A DNA stretch of 64,000 nucleotides from Paraspadella gotoi (Eukaryota > Animalia > Chaetognatha): assembly GCA_051294375.1 (NCBI GenBank), contig CM119269.1:20350371-20414370 (forward strand), written 5' to 3'. Below, one piece after another: positions 14,206 to 28,172 of this stretch. The notes under the pieces are model-generated. The model was not told the DNA's origin and made no database searches. It saw only the letters and a list, made by a program, of their open reading frames with translations. The stretch's first letter is position 1. The number at the start of each line of letters is the position of its first letter. The position numbers were made by a program, and so were the translations under genes.

Positions 14206-16513
14206 GTTATAAAATGGAAATTTTTGAATAAAATTTTATGAACCAATCATAAGAAACTATAATATAACGGTCAAGAGGTAAAGAATAATCGTATTCTCTT
14301 CTCTCCCCCCCCCCCCCTCCATCCCGTCTGTTCACAATTTTTCTGTCCTATAGAAACTTTTTTTGCGATTTGTTGATTCCGGAAATTTCGTTTTTGTCAT
14401 TTTTATAATCGTTCACATCTTTGTAATTAACAGCAACAACAAATACGTATTTTTTAAAATTCTAACAAAATGATAAGAGAAAAGAAAATAAGATAGAAAT
14501 AAAGTAAGAAAGAAAAAAAGAAAGAAAGAAAGAAAGAAAGNNNNNNNNNNNNNNNNNNNNNNNNNNNNNNNNNNNNNNNNNNNNNNNNNNNNNNNNNNNN
14601 NNNNNNNNNNNNNNNNNNNNNNNNNNNNNNNNNNNNNNNNNNNNNNNNNNNNNNNNNNNNNNNNNNNNNNNNNNNNNNNNNNNNNNNNNNNNNNNNNNNN
14701 NNNNNNNNNNNNNNNNNNNNNNNNNNNNNNNNNNNNNNNNNNNNNNNNNNNNAAAAAAAATATTAAAGAATGAGGGAAATGACAATCGGGACAGTAGGGG
14801 AAAGAAAAGGAAGAGAGAGATATCTATCTTTCTGTTGATGGATGGGAGGAGGAAGGATGAGATTTGTCATCAGAAGGGGTTGGGTAGAGAAGCAGGGGAA
14901 GGGGGCGGGTAGAGAAGCAGGGGAAGGTTGCGGGTAGAGAAGCAGGGGAAGGGGGGAGGAGGGTGAAAGATTGAAAAAAACAAGAAAGGTTGGTTAAGGG
15001 GATTCCTTCGGACGANNNNNNNNNNGCAGAGTCCTCCGTGGCGCAGAGTCAGCGCAACAGAGGCGACGGGAGGCAGAATAAACAGGCGCCATCTGTCGCC
15101 TCGATTGAAATTTTAGAAACGGAGACGAAGAGGGCAAACTAACGTAACCAAATTTCTCAGCAAGGCTCGTTACAGGGGTAGTACTAATGCTTGAACCGGA
15201 ACCGACGGCAGAAAAACCGGTAGAGAGNNNNNNNNNNNNNNNNNNNNNNNNNGAGAGAGAGAGAGGAGATAGAGATGACGAGACGAGAGTATGGAGAGCA
15301 GGTGAGAAGAGTGAGTTGGAGAGGGAGAGTGAGGAGAAAACAATAGATGAAAAGATTAAAAAAAAAAAAAAAATGGATCGAAACGACAAAAAAACACTTT
15401 CCTTGATCAAATCACACGACCGGAAATTTTTCGAACCGAGGATTCACAAAAACCTATTTATTCTCACGCTCTAAAAATGTTTGTTGTTGTCCTTTGGTTG
15501 TTGTTTTTGTTTGAGTTTGTTTTCATTTGAAACGTAATTGACTTTTTTTTTTCATTTCTGGTCTTCGCAGATCTTTTTTCCCGTTGTTCACAATTTTTTA
15601 TTTTTCTGTCCTATTAGAAAACCTTTTTGCGATGTTTGCTGATTCCGGGAAAATTTCTGTTTTTGTCATTTCATTTTATTAATCGTTTCACATCTTTTGT
15701 AATTAACAGAACAACAAATACGTCATATTTTTTTTAAAATTCCTAAACAAAATAGATAAGAGAAAAAGAAAATAAGATAGAAATAAAGTGGGGTCAAGAA
15801 AGAAAAAAAGAAAGAAAGAAAGAAAGAAAGGAAAGCAAGAAACAATTGAAAAAGAATGAAATGAAAAAGAAAGAAAGAAGAAAGAGAAAGAGAGAAGATA
15901 AGAAAGAAGAAAGGAAAAGAAATAATGTGGAAAAAGAATGAAATGAAAAAGAAAGTTTAAGAAAGAAAGACTCAAAGAAAGAAAGATGGAGGAAGAAGAA
16001 AAGAAAGAAAGAGAAGGAAAGGACAAGAAAGAAAAAAGAACGACAGCGCATCATTCTATGAAATGAAAAAGAAAGAAAGGAAAGAAATGAAAACGAAAAA
16101 AAAAATATTAAAGAATGAGGGAAAATGACAATTCGGGACAGTAGCGGAAAGAAAAGGCGAAGAGAGAGATATCTATCTTTCTGTTGATGGATGGAGGAGG
16201 AAGGATGAGATTTGTCATCAGAAGGGGTGGTAGAGAAGCAGGAAGGGGTTGGGTAGAGAAGCAGGGGAAGGGGGCGGGTAGGAGAAGCAGGGGAAGGGGG
16301 GAGGTGAGCGCGTGAAAGATTGAAAAAAACAAGGAAAAGGTTGGTTAAGGGGATTCCTTTCGGACGAGGCAGCGACGTGAGCGGCGAACATTGAAGGCGT
16401 CGGAGGAAGATAGAGAGAAAGACGAGAGAGGAATAGGGAGTACGGACAAGGGGCTGGCGAGGGACATTTCAGAAAGAAAAAAGAGAGAGACGAGAGACAG
16501 AGAGAGAGAGAGA

Positions 16514-16544
<31 letters not shown>

Positions 16545-18448
16545 CAGAGAGGAGCAGAGAGAGAGAGAGAAGTACAGTGCGACTTCAACGTGTAGTGCCG
16601 AAGGAAGGTCAAACGGAGAATAGAGTGACGCGACAGAGAGAGAGAGAGAGCGGGCGTTTGACACGATCTTGCTAATCCCACAACGGGCGCGGGTCGGCGC
16701 CGGGCGGCCGGGCGCAACGACGACAGGGACGACGGCGGAAAAAGCGAAAGAGAAACCGCATTAGACTCTCCCGCTTCTAATTACGGCCGTCGAACAAATC
16801 TTTAAATCTTTGGAAAAAGAGGGGGGGCAGTGATGAGGGTAGGGAGCGGGGATGTGATGGGGCGGCATGCGAAAGATGGGCCAGTGATGTGGTGAGGGGG
16901 GAGTCGATGAGTAAAAGAGGGAAGGAAGGTCTTCGTTGCGGACAGAAAGATTCCACAGCGGGAGGAAACGGTCCGAGGACAAACTTTGATTGTTGTCTTT
17001 GTCACGTCCAAGCTATCTTTGTCACGTTTCGTAATCGGTCTGGAAAGTCTTTGTAACGGGACATATATCATTCCGGTTTACCATATTCATCGATCGGATA
17101 AACATTGAAATTATATCTTGGCAAAATGTAAGGAAATGAAAAAATTGCAGAAATGAGAACTGAAAGGTGGGCAAATCAGTATTTGTAATAAATAAACATT
17201 ACCTTCACGGCTGTGATTTTTTTTTGGGGGGGTTTATTTCGTATTTTCTTAACATTTTTAGTAATTATTTTTTTGTTTCCGCTTGGCTTAAATGTCACCA
17301 AGAATTTAAGAATTGAAATCATAAGCTTTAATCACAAACGTCCTTTTCAACCCCAATCTTGCGACAGCCAACCACAATTCCCAACCAGCGCCGATTTTTA
17401 CCCGCAGTCGAAAATTAAACCTAATGAGTCCATTTGTAACACTTCCTCAAAAGGGAACATTCGTAATTAGAGAAGTGAAACGAGGCGCGTGGAAATGAGA
17501 AGAGGAGGAGAAGGAAAGAAAAGGAGGAAGAGAGGGAGAAAGGATGAAGGGATGAAGGAAGGTGGAGAGAGAGAGAGAGNNNNNNNNNNNNNNNNNNNNN
17601 NNNNGAGAGCCAAGAGAGAGAGGAGAGAGAGCGAGAGAGAAGATGAGAGAGACGAGAGAGAGAGAGACGAGAGAGAGGGAGAGATAGAGAGAGAAGGAGA
17701 AAATCATTGAAAATTTGGTTTTTAAATTCCCAGTGCAGCGACAAAGGATGTTAAGCGCAAGGATTAAGTAAAAGACAGATTCGAAAGAAAAAGAAAGAAA
17801 GTAAAGTAAAGTAAAGCTAAATGTAAAGTAAAGTAAAGTAAAAGTAAAGTAAGTAAAGTAAAGGAAAAAAAAAAAAAAGAAGAAAAGGAAAAGAATTAAA
17901 GAAAGTAAAGTAAAGGAAAATAGGAGGAAATTTACAAAAAATTAAAATGTAAAACGTAAGAAATGATTAAAGAATTACTTAATACTAACGTCACAAATAT
18001 TCCTTTGAAACAATATGCGTCAAAGAGATAATTCGCTTTTAAAATAAGGCAGACATAAATCATGTTTTTAAAATAGGCCCATTTGACGTGACAGACCAAG
18101 CGAAACCTCGTTTGTGACGTTGACAAATCACGCGTTTTTCTATATCTTTTTTTTTTAAATTGTTGAGGAAAATACGCGTCTGTTTGTCTTTCGTTTTTTC
18201 TTTGGGTCATTTTCGATTTTTTCTTATCTCATTAGGTATTGCGCACTGCGACATACTCATTAGGAATCTTCCGTTTGTACTAATCCGTTTTTATTGTGTG
18301 TTGCGAAGTTTTTGTATATATTTTCTTGTAATTTTTTATATCTATTTAATCTTCACTTCAGCCAATATACACTATATTTAAATTTTTCATTGGTTTTTTT
18401 TTCTCCAAAGGTTTTTTTACTCTTGCCTGCCAAATTCTCATACTGATT

Positions 18449-19165
18449 TAGAGCCAAACTTCGTCAATGGTGGGTGTCAGAAGTTTTGATTGGGAACCTT
18501 TCCAAATGAAACTTCATACATTTCTGAGAAAACTTTCAATGGAGCCAAGAAATTTTCTAAAAATGGCAAGAAGCATTAGTAATTAATTTTTTTAGATATT
18601 TATTTATAGATTAAGGGGAATGCTAAAAAATTTTTTTTCGGAAATTTTTTTATTTTTAAAAAGGCAGCGGGAATTTTTTTTTTTTTTTCAAATAAAGAAA
18701 TTAGCGGCTTATTTTGGCGGAAAAAAAAAGGGAGGGTTTTTAAAATTTCTTTTACCCCCCCCACAAAGTATAATTCTTTTTTCACTATTTTGATTGATAA
18801 GTTGGGTTTTAAGAGTTAAGAAAAACCTTTAAAAAATCATCGATTCATCATCATCATCGATGATTTTAGCAGTTTTTACTATAAATTTTTTAATATTAAA
18901 ACATCAAAAAATTTTAAAAAGTTGTAATTATATTTTTTGCTTAACTTTTTAAGCTCTATCAGAAATCAATTAAAAAAAACTTAAAATATCCCCAAAAAAT
19001 TTTTGACATTTATATAGCCAATTATAAATAATTTATTAATTACGCGAATTACTCGAATGGTTCAGAACATTTTTCTAAAAAAATATTTTTAACACAATAA
19101 ATTAATACCAATAATGGATTAGTTTTAAAGCTGTTCCCATTAAAATTTGAATTTGGTCGGCTACC
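18449..19165. mobile_element. Second copy of the ~0.7-kb TIR element, upstream of the phosphatase in copy B
   Basis: tagagccaaacttcg...tttggtcggcta (imperfect inverted termini) flanked by atactga / atacctga (probable target-site duplication); empty site ctcatactgacaca at ~28702-28715 and ~11952-11965. Confidence 0.72.
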
Positions 19166-19978
19166 GTAATACCTGACACAAAAGTATACAAAGTGACTTG
19201 ACTTACAAGCACTTCGTCCCTACAAAAGATTATCCATTGACCTCGCTTCTCAAAGCTAACTTCTCGCGTGCGCGACAAAAGCGAACAAAAGCAAAAGAGA
19301 ATGTTGTTTAAAGAGTTTTTAAAGAGGGGTGGCGGTGGTAAGGGTAAGGGGGAAGGGAGGAAATGCGAAAGGTGGAGGGGGCGGAGGGCACCACTTGGCT
19401 GGACTACCCGTAGTTCGTTTTTGTTGTTTCTTTCTAGTTTATTTAAACGCTCCCTTCATGTTATAGATATAAAAATTTAAGAAAGGGCAGTAATATTGAT
19501 ATAAGAGATAATACTATATCTCATAATAGAATGAAATGCTAACAAGCCCTATTTGAAATAATAATTACTTGTAGAAAAGTTTTGGTTCCTTTGTTGAAAA
19601 AGTTTTGAAACGTTGTATAAAACTCGAACACAGATGAGAAGATTTGCTGACCAAAAAAAAACAAAAGGCACATAATTACTCGAGAACTTTTCACGTACTA
19701 TTTTTGTTAAAGATATACGGAATATCGTTTATTTATTTTTTTTTATTTATTTTTTGATTTTAAAATTAATTTCATTCCGGTTGTCCGCAGTAAAGCAAAC
19801 GATTTTCTTTCTTTTTGATGCTGAAAAATAGAACGATCACGATTATGAATGCGTACTTAGTTCCTTTCATAGCTCTGATATTAAGTGACCAGTCAGAATG
19901 TAGCAGGAAGCATAATAAAAGTAATAACAAAGAAAGAAAATCGAATGTAGCATAAAGCCCAAAAAAAAGAGAAAAAAG

Positions 19979-22734
19979 ATGGATCCCAACTCGAAGCTCC
20001 CGACGCTTTTGACCCAGCAGAATTTCAAGGGTTAAATTCCTCAACGATACGATTCGATTCTCTTGGACTTGGACGAACCATGTGGAACCAAGAACGGAAT
20101 CACCGATATACCCAACGTCGCCGCCGCTTACAACGTCAGTAATTAGTGATTCTTGATTCATTAATTTTAAAAAAAAACAAAAAAACATTCATCATTGCCA
20201 GCTCAGTCTCTGTCAGCCGCCGGTAACTGTCTTCTTCATGAACCAACTCGCCAAATCGAGTCGACGAAACACCTCTGCGCAGAACTCTGGGCACATCGAG
20301 ATCGAATCGTGGCTCGATACTCTACACGCGGGTTAACGTCCTGCGCCAGTATATCAAGCAGAGACGTGCGCACGCTGAGCCGACGAGTAGTGCGGACAGA
20401 GCGAGATCAGTGGCTAATTCGCTGTACTTAATTACTTATATTTACTTATATTACTAATAATACTTATTCGCGCCGTTTTTGTTGCTTACTACGTACAAAT
20501 TTAAAGCATGAAAAATTTCGGCCGTTAAATATTCTAAAGAAATAGGCAGAAAACTGCATGTTACGAAGTATTAATCAGAAACAGTATTAACATAATAGAA
20601 ACCATAAACAGTGTAAAAGACTGAATAAAAGATAACAAGGTAAAAATTAGACTATTAAAATTCAACAAAACAAAAGACACTAACGTTTAAAAGTGGTAAT
20701 TTTAATAAAATTTTATGAACTAATTTCATAAGAACTATAAAATATAACGGTCAAGAAGGTTCAGGAATAAATTCAAAATCATAAAAACGCAGAATCCAGT
20801 AAAAATCGAAAAATCTTTATTCCGCGTTTGTCCCTGACTACTTTATAAAATCACATGAATCATAATTTTTGACGATTCTAAACTAACGGGCATAATTTCT
20901 CATTTTTGCAGCGCGGAACCCATTTTAAAAAATTCAAACGTTCATAAATATCGTATGGTAAAATGCCAAATTAGATGCGTTAAAGCAGAAGCCATTCGCC
21001 TCTTCAGCGTTGGACAAGCAAGCCAAAGTCTTACGCGATGGGATCAAGGTTTCAAGGAGGAGTTTGAAGAGGTGGCGTTGTCCACACGGTTACGGGAAGG
21101 ACTCGTCCAAGTCACCAAAGACCATCTCAGTCAAGGAGATTCAAAAGGCGAGCCTGTTCACGTTGGAGATGATGATGATGAAAATGGGAGATAGGTTTAG
21201 TGTGGTCTATTTAGACAGAATACTACGTAAAGTACGTATAATATTACTATATATATTCATTACTTCGTTATTCAAACGCAAAATTATATCTAACCTCAAT
21301 TCCATAATTAGATTTACAGGACCCGACGTTCCGTGCCGTCGTTCCCGCGGACTCGGATCCCTGGTTCTGCGTCACCAAACTCTTTAAAGCCGCGTCGCAT
21401 CTGCCAGACTAAGAAATGTCTCTTCCTCACGACAGATGCAGCGGACGGGTGGAGGTGTGGAAAGGAGAGAGAGAGAGAGAGAAGAGAAAGTACAAACATT
21501 TTTACAGTTAATCATATTTCTTTCTGTTAACCTCGCCCCATCATCTATACAACTTTGGTCATCCATACAGCCTTCCATCCTCTTTTTCCAAAAGATCCTC
21601 TTCTTTAGCTAATATTCACCTTCACCCCGCCAACCACCCCCCCCCCAGATAGCACCGGTTAACGTCCTTCCCGCCGCAGGGCCATCGCCAATTCGGTCAA
21701 GAGCGCCGCCAACCGGCGAGGCCGCCGCATCATCATGGGAAACCCAACGTCACCTGTTCGACCTGATCAGCAAGAGCATCTGGGAGTTCAATCGAGCAGG
21801 TGGGGGTGATTCGAAAGCAGACGATTGATTTCTCATTTTAAGAGTTAGGTATAGTTATTAATTTATGGATTGTCTTTCATAGGTGATTGATAAAGCTAGT
21901 GTTGTAAATAATTTTTACAATAATTTTTTTTTAGTGTTTTTCAGTAATACTACATATTATTAATATACTAATTGTTTTCAATGAATCGATAATCACATTT
22001 GGTCGATGACAACAACGAATTCAGCAACGATCGTGACGGCGATCAAACTGACGACGCGACATATCAATTCGCGACAAGGCCATCGACTCTTTCCTCGGTT
22101 TTGGTTGCATGACGGGCAACACGAAGCGAAGGACTCTCGACGACTGTGGATACAATCTTTGAGGAAAAGGTGAGCCAAGATTCGGTGAGTGGAGAGGAAA
22201 TAACGAAGGCGAAAAAAGGGGATGAAGTTTGGCGAACGTAAAATAGTGATGAAATAGATGAAGAAAAACGATGAAGTGTGTGCGTAGAAACAAAACATTT
22301 GTAATTTCTCGCAGGGAAGAAAGAATATAAAAAAAAGTTTATGCAAAAATTTAGACGAAACGCATAAGGATCTCGTTGCTATATCTCTTTTAGTGAAATA
22401 AAATTTTTAAAAATACTTAAAATTTTTCGTGAAAATATTGCATCTCTTCATCTTATTAACCAAAGAATCTTCCATTCCATTTTTTTCCCCCCCTCCTGCC
22501 AAACTTCACCGCTCCGTTCAGATTGACATTCGGAGCAGAAGGCCTCAGGTCACACGCTTCCAAATGTGCTGCAACAAGTCGGTCACCGGTCGCCGCCGCA
22601 AATGCCAATGCGATTCCGACCTTCCTCCTTCCTTCCTTCGGCGATTTCGGCTATTTGGCGGCGCCCCCCCCCGGCCTCCGAGGAGAGACGTGTTCAGGCT
22701 ACGTTCCTCAGCGCCGTGTCACGACGTTTGTTGA
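19979..22734 (+). pseudogene. Frameshifted copy B of the HAD-IIA phosphatase
   Basis: All seven exons recognisable by identity to 29576-32322 (ends ...CHDVC*) but with scattered 1-bp indels. Confidence 0.8.
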
Positions 22735-23045
22735 GTCGGGAGCGGCTGACAGTCTACGTAGCCGCAGCGACCGCACGGCTGTCTCATTTTAGCGCATTTT
22801 CACGCTTTAAAATCCGGGGGGCGGCGTCAAGACTACGTTCAATCAAGTTGCTATGAAATTAAAGAAAAATTAAAATGAAAACATTTTTTAGTTGAATTTA
22901 TTTAAACCAATTCATTCAAAAGTCAATTAAACAGATAAATTAAATTATACTATTAACAAAAAGAGAATCTATTTAGTAATAATTATTTTACGCCTGAAAA
23001 CTCTTTTTCTATCTTATTCAGTTTCCCTCTTTAAGGAGACCCGTA

Positions 23046-26000
23046 TCAATCCGAACCCGTATCTCTCTTCCGGTTCCACACGATCGTCGTCAGCACTTTG
23101 GCGGAGCCTCGATGCGGATGATTCGCCTTGTGTTGTGTGTTGTTGTTGTTGCGGATTTCGTCGTCTACGATCGTAGCTCTTTTGCCTCAAAAAGGTTTGA
23201 CGGTGTGTTGACATCACAATCACCTGAAGTAAGCGTGTGATTTGAGAACGCATTAGTTCGTGATTGATTATGTAGAAGTAGTTTTAATATGACTGATTTG
23301 ATGTTGGTTTATTCATTTATTAGTTTCATTCATTCATTTATTCGTTCATTTAAAACAACCAAAAATCGAAATTCATTATTATCCCAACGGAACTTTTTAA
23401 TGATAACCGGGCAAACATCCCAAGGCACTACCTCTTACTCACCTCGTCCCTCGGGCGTGTCGGCTGCGATCGATTCCACCCTCGGACTACGTCACGCGGC
23501 CGTCACTTCGATGACTCGCGAACCTGGGCCGTCGATGAAGGAATTCGCAAGAAAAACAAAAGACGAGACAAAACGAAATAGTTCACCAATCTGTTTCTAT
23601 ATTTTCTATTCTTCCCTTTTATCTATTCAGGTTTTAAAAATTAATGTTTTTAAAACATTTCATGACAATAACAAACTAAAAAAATAACAAAACACCAAAA
23701 CAATTTGGCTTACCCGGGAGAAATGTATTTGTGAAGTTGCGGTGAGGGCCCGTAAAACATCGCTGCTTGAGAAAGACGTTCGTGTTTTGTCGACGATAAT
23801 CGCAGTGTCGACGAATTGTTCACCCAGTTGGGTCCGCCCTTTAAGTTAAGGCCATGTTCCAGTCCATACTAAATTATAGAAATGCAAACTTACTCTGCAC
23901 AAAAAAAGGTAAATGGTTGAACAAGATTGAAAAAAATTAGTCGTGAACCAGTCACCAAACTTTTTCCCAATACCCCTACATATATCGTTTTTTTATTTAA
24001 TTTTTTCCGCTATGATATTTTTCACCTGGACCCAGTTTTTGCAAATCCTCTATTGATGAATGAGCGTATTCCTTCTGCGCGGGTCAGTCGCCCAAATTCA
24101 CCTGGCGTAAAAAAAAAAAACGTAAGTTTTCGAAACGGAGTCACGAAATCGCCTCTGTCCGTGATGGATTTATTTTCGTTCCGAGGGCGCGGAATGTTGA
24201 AGTCGGTGAAAAATCGAGAAAAAACATGGGTTCGCGTCGTATCAAATTCACAAGTTGTTGGAATTACAGTGACCGAGATTACATTCTTTCTCTCTCCACA
24301 TCTCCCGTGTGACTGAAGGGCTTCCAACCTTCACAGGCCCAGTGGCGAGAATGAACTTTTCGGAGGTATTTGTCCGTGAACCTCGCGAGACAAATCGTGG
24401 CCGGCTTTAAGATGTTCCAGTACACGTGAACCGCCGTTCCGGCGGACGAACTGATAGGATAATCGCATAAAACGGATGACATAATAAATAATACATCAAA
24501 TAAATAAATAATAAATAATAATAAATTCTTCACTGCATCAAAAACATTTACTGTGCTAACACCTGTCGACGGTTTCAAAATCTGCTTTTTCTGAAACAAA
24601 CCCCAATGCGTGGACTGAAAGATCACACAACCGTTCCCATCCAGAGGCCATTGCGTGCCGGAGCAACTCATTCGCCTCCAACCAAAGTCGGGCGTTCTCG
24701 TCGTGTCGCCAGCAGTAAAGAAGCGAGGCGCTAAAACCGTCTGTAACCACGGTTTACACGCCTGATCCGAAGCCTCACGGGACTTGCTTCCAATTGACGT
24801 TTGTCACACCTAACGACAATTCTCTGTCTCTTCCCCCCACAAACAATTTCTTTCCTTCGCTCGAGTTCCACCTTTGTGGGACATCCCAACTCTCAAGCCA
24901 AATCACGCGTGCGAATGCATTACCTTCATCGCTTCTTCGTTCTTTCCTCCATGAAAAACGTCGTCCGACGACATGCCACTACAGCATTCGGAATCTAATA
25001 TCGACCATAAGATGGAGAGACTGACGAAAAAGGATATATTGGGAAAATAACAGTTTTTAATGAGAATATTCAAAGGTTAAAATGGTTTGTCTAAATTAAA
25101 CGCACGATGGACGATATGTCGCCCGGTATTTATCACCGCATCACGTGTCCAACCATCGTTTTACCCAATACCCATTGCGCTCAGAGGTGGAATTCACTTG
25201 CATCCATGAGTCCCTCTGCGTTTGGCAAAGCGAGATCGTCCCCTAGTCGGTAACTCGCCATTGACAGGACGCGAGGACTGGAGGACTGAGAGTCGCAGCC
25301 CGCCAAAGCAACAGTGAGATGCCCACATCCGCCAAGGTGCGGCATCACAGGCAACCCGGCTGTTGCCATAACGTCTCGCCGTTCCTTTAATAGAAAGGAC
25401 CCGGCGACTCGAACCGCGCAACGAAGTCCGGGCAAGAATGAGGGGAAAGATGAAAAAGCAAATGGCCAGGGCAACCACCCTCAACAAGCAAACCTGTATC
25501 GTCGAAGGTCATGACGTTTGCGTCGGCCAATACTTTGGACGGCTGTTCCAGTTCCGGACCCCCAAATTGTGGACGACGAAATCACGTGACCTCCTTGCCG
25601 GCTGTGAATCCCGATGCCAGATTGAAGGGAAATCCGGCACTGCTAGCATGGGGGGGAAAGATAGTAATGTATAATATTACTGAAGGATAAGTGATGAAGG
25701 AAGAAAGACCATCCTAGGATTACATATGAGAAAATAGAAAGGCCACAGAATGATTCACAACGAGGAGAAAGAAAGTGAATATATTCAGTTAACTAAGTCA
25801 GAGTGATTATAAAAAAAAAAAGAAATATGACCAAACAGAAAGAATGGAAAGAAAAAGAAAGATAAGGATTTTAGGTATCTGGCCAATTTCCTACCCATCT
25901 TCGCGTCTCTTCTGCAGTACGTATAGTTCCCCACAGCAGTACTTACGCTGTCATATTCCTCACAGAAACCAAATGTAACTTAAATATTTAAAACTTATTT

Positions 26001-26697
26001 ATAATTTGAATATAAAGCAAAGCCTCCACACTCATTATTAAAATACGTCGACCAAATTAGCACTTCCTTAGCAAACTACTATCACATTTTTTCACACGAT
26101 ACTGACCTCAACAGAAATATTTATGGCCACACCTCTTGTTGTAAGATCCCCACTGAATTCTCCCATCCTATACAAACTATCACGATAATCCTTTCCAGTC
26201 TCGTTCGTCTATTCATACCAAGCGGCGACTGAACCAAGAGGCTTCCAAAGTATTTATCCTTCGCGTCAAATCGATTGCCAATTGGCCATGAAAGGATTTT
26301 GAGCGTTTAAGTCTTCGTTAGCCAGATGAGAATGTTTAGCTCGAATCTCCGTCGACGTCGGCGTTAAAGTATGGTCTTGATGAATGTGCATGGAATTAAA
26401 GTTGAATGAAATAATTTTAAAATAATTATAAATTTGTATTTAATTATGTAATTTATAATCATATAATATAATATATATATATTTAATATTAATTATAATT
26501 TATATTAGCTACGCTGCAGTGCGTAAAAAGTAATTTCTGTATTACGATGACGTCTTGCAAACATTTATTTCACAAAAACACGGATCTCAACATTATAAAA
26601 CATTCGCCTCTTTCATTACCTTGAAAGAGAAAATCAGTTCCACCCATCGGAATCCGAGCCCACTGGTACTCAGCGCTTCCCGTGACCAAAATAAGAC
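23046..26697 (-). pseudogene. Frameshifted copy B of the glucocerebrosidase 3' exons
   Basis: Fragments such as AGTAVH/YWNILKP (24400-24445) and RIPMGGTDFS (26620-26660) match 32661-36174; no 5' exons in this copy. Confidence 0.8.
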
Positions 26698-27774
26698 CTT
26701 AAATAAAGTTTTCCCATTAGGAACAAGGAATGACCTTTCACAATTTTTTAATTGGAACATTCAAAACAAAGTTATTGAAATAACGGTTATAACTGGTGCA
26801 GACTATTATTATTATATACAAAATTCAGGCGAAAAACTGTTAAAAACGAAATAATGAATTTTCAGAAAGAAAATTGTTCAAAGTTAATGTAAAAGTTAAT
26901 GAGTAGCTCATATCAATAATCGTGAAACGCAATCAAACGACATATTAATGTTATCGATCTATTTTTCCATTTTTCAAATTTCTCGACTTAAATTCTCTGT
27001 GCATGTTTCCCCTTCTCCTACAACCGAACTTCTGCCGTTGACAAAAACTCTGGCGCAAAATTCCTGGACTATTGCGCACCACTCATTTTGCGGGGAGAAA
27101 TTAGCCGAAAGGAAAAGGGAAACGCCTAGAATTATGCAGTTGAGGAGTGGCAAAGGAGAGAGGGAGAACTGAGAGGAGAAACTGAGAAGAAGAACTGAGT
27201 TCAGAACTGGGTATGAGGACTGAAGGGACTGATTGGGTGAAGAGAGCTGAGCGGCATTAATTCATTGGTCTTTTGAAGAAAATTATGAAAAGGAGAGGGA
27301 GAGAGCCGGAAGAAATATTCGAACTAAACCAAAGAGCGAGGATTAGAAAAGGTAAAATTGAAAGTTGCGACGGAGCGCGTAAATAAATGCCGAATCGGTC
27401 ACGAAGAAAATGGAAGGAGAGAACGAGCATAGTTATCTATGGAAAGAATAAGGAAGAAATTTAAGTTGGTAAAGAGGAAAAACTAATAGGAACAAAAACG
27501 TTACAAAGCTAGATTGTCTAACAATATAAGAAAGCTATTCTGTTAATTGTGGTTTTTATTCATTTCTTGAACCGAAAATATTGCTCTTTTTGTAGGTTGA
27601 ATAAATTTAATGCTAGACTTTTGGCTTTCAATTCTTCTATTGATAAAGATTGAACTAATACAAAATAACAATTATAACCACGTACTTCATAAAAGCTGAC
27701 AAAACTACTTTCTTGCGCCCATAATCATGTTTCACTTTTCTTTAGATACAACAGTATTCGTGCAAGATGGGTTC

Positions 27775-27898
27775 ATCTCCTCGTAAATGTGAACATGCCG
27801 CGGATCATGGAACATCCACCTCCAGTCGTTCAACATTTTAAAGGGCTGCTTCGTTGATGGTTCCAATTTAAAATGATGCGTAATCAGCTCGGTCGATC
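27775..27898 (-). pseudogene. Isolated degenerate last exon of the ADH gene (end of copy B)
   Basis: Matches 37178-37291. Confidence 0.75.
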
Positions 27899-28048
27899 TT
27901 AAAAAAAAAAAAAATTTTTAGAAAAATTTAATCTCCTTAGAGAGAGAGAGAGAGAGAGAGAGAGAAAATCTTTGAAAAATTCTGGTTTTTAAATTCCCGT
28001 GCAGCGACAAAGGATGATTTAAGGGCAATGATTAAGTAAGACAGATTC

Positions 28049-28172
28049 GAAAGAAAGAAAGAAAGAAAGTAAAGTAAAGTAAAGTAAAGTAAAGTAAAGT
28101 AAAGTAAAGAAAAGAAAAGAAAAGAAAAGAAAAGAAAAGAAAAGAAAAGAAAAGAAAAGAAAAGTAAAGTAA
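28049..28172. repeat. Compound microsatellite (AAAG)n(AAAGT)n(AAAAG)n
   Basis: Read directly; noisy equivalents at ~17790-17915 and ~11270-11410. Confidence 0.9.

Larger units (their letters stand above)
5345..14540. repeat. Degenerate copy A of the 15.0-20.8 kb / 28.0-30.4 kb locus
   Basis: Colinear matches with heavy indels: ~5460-5660 vs 15026-15220; ~5930-6350 vs 15360-15790; ~8530-8900 vs 16110-16400; ~10010-11950 vs 16670-18440; ~11957-13510 vs 19170-20680 and 28708-30285. Confidence 0.85.
17605..27935. repeat. Copy B: ~10.3-kb indel-rich direct duplicate of ~27940-37320
   Basis: Colinear across phosphatase, GBA 3' exons and last ADH exon; the B/C junction at ~27930-27965 joins the ADH last intron to a (GA)n tract. 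Confidence 0.9.
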
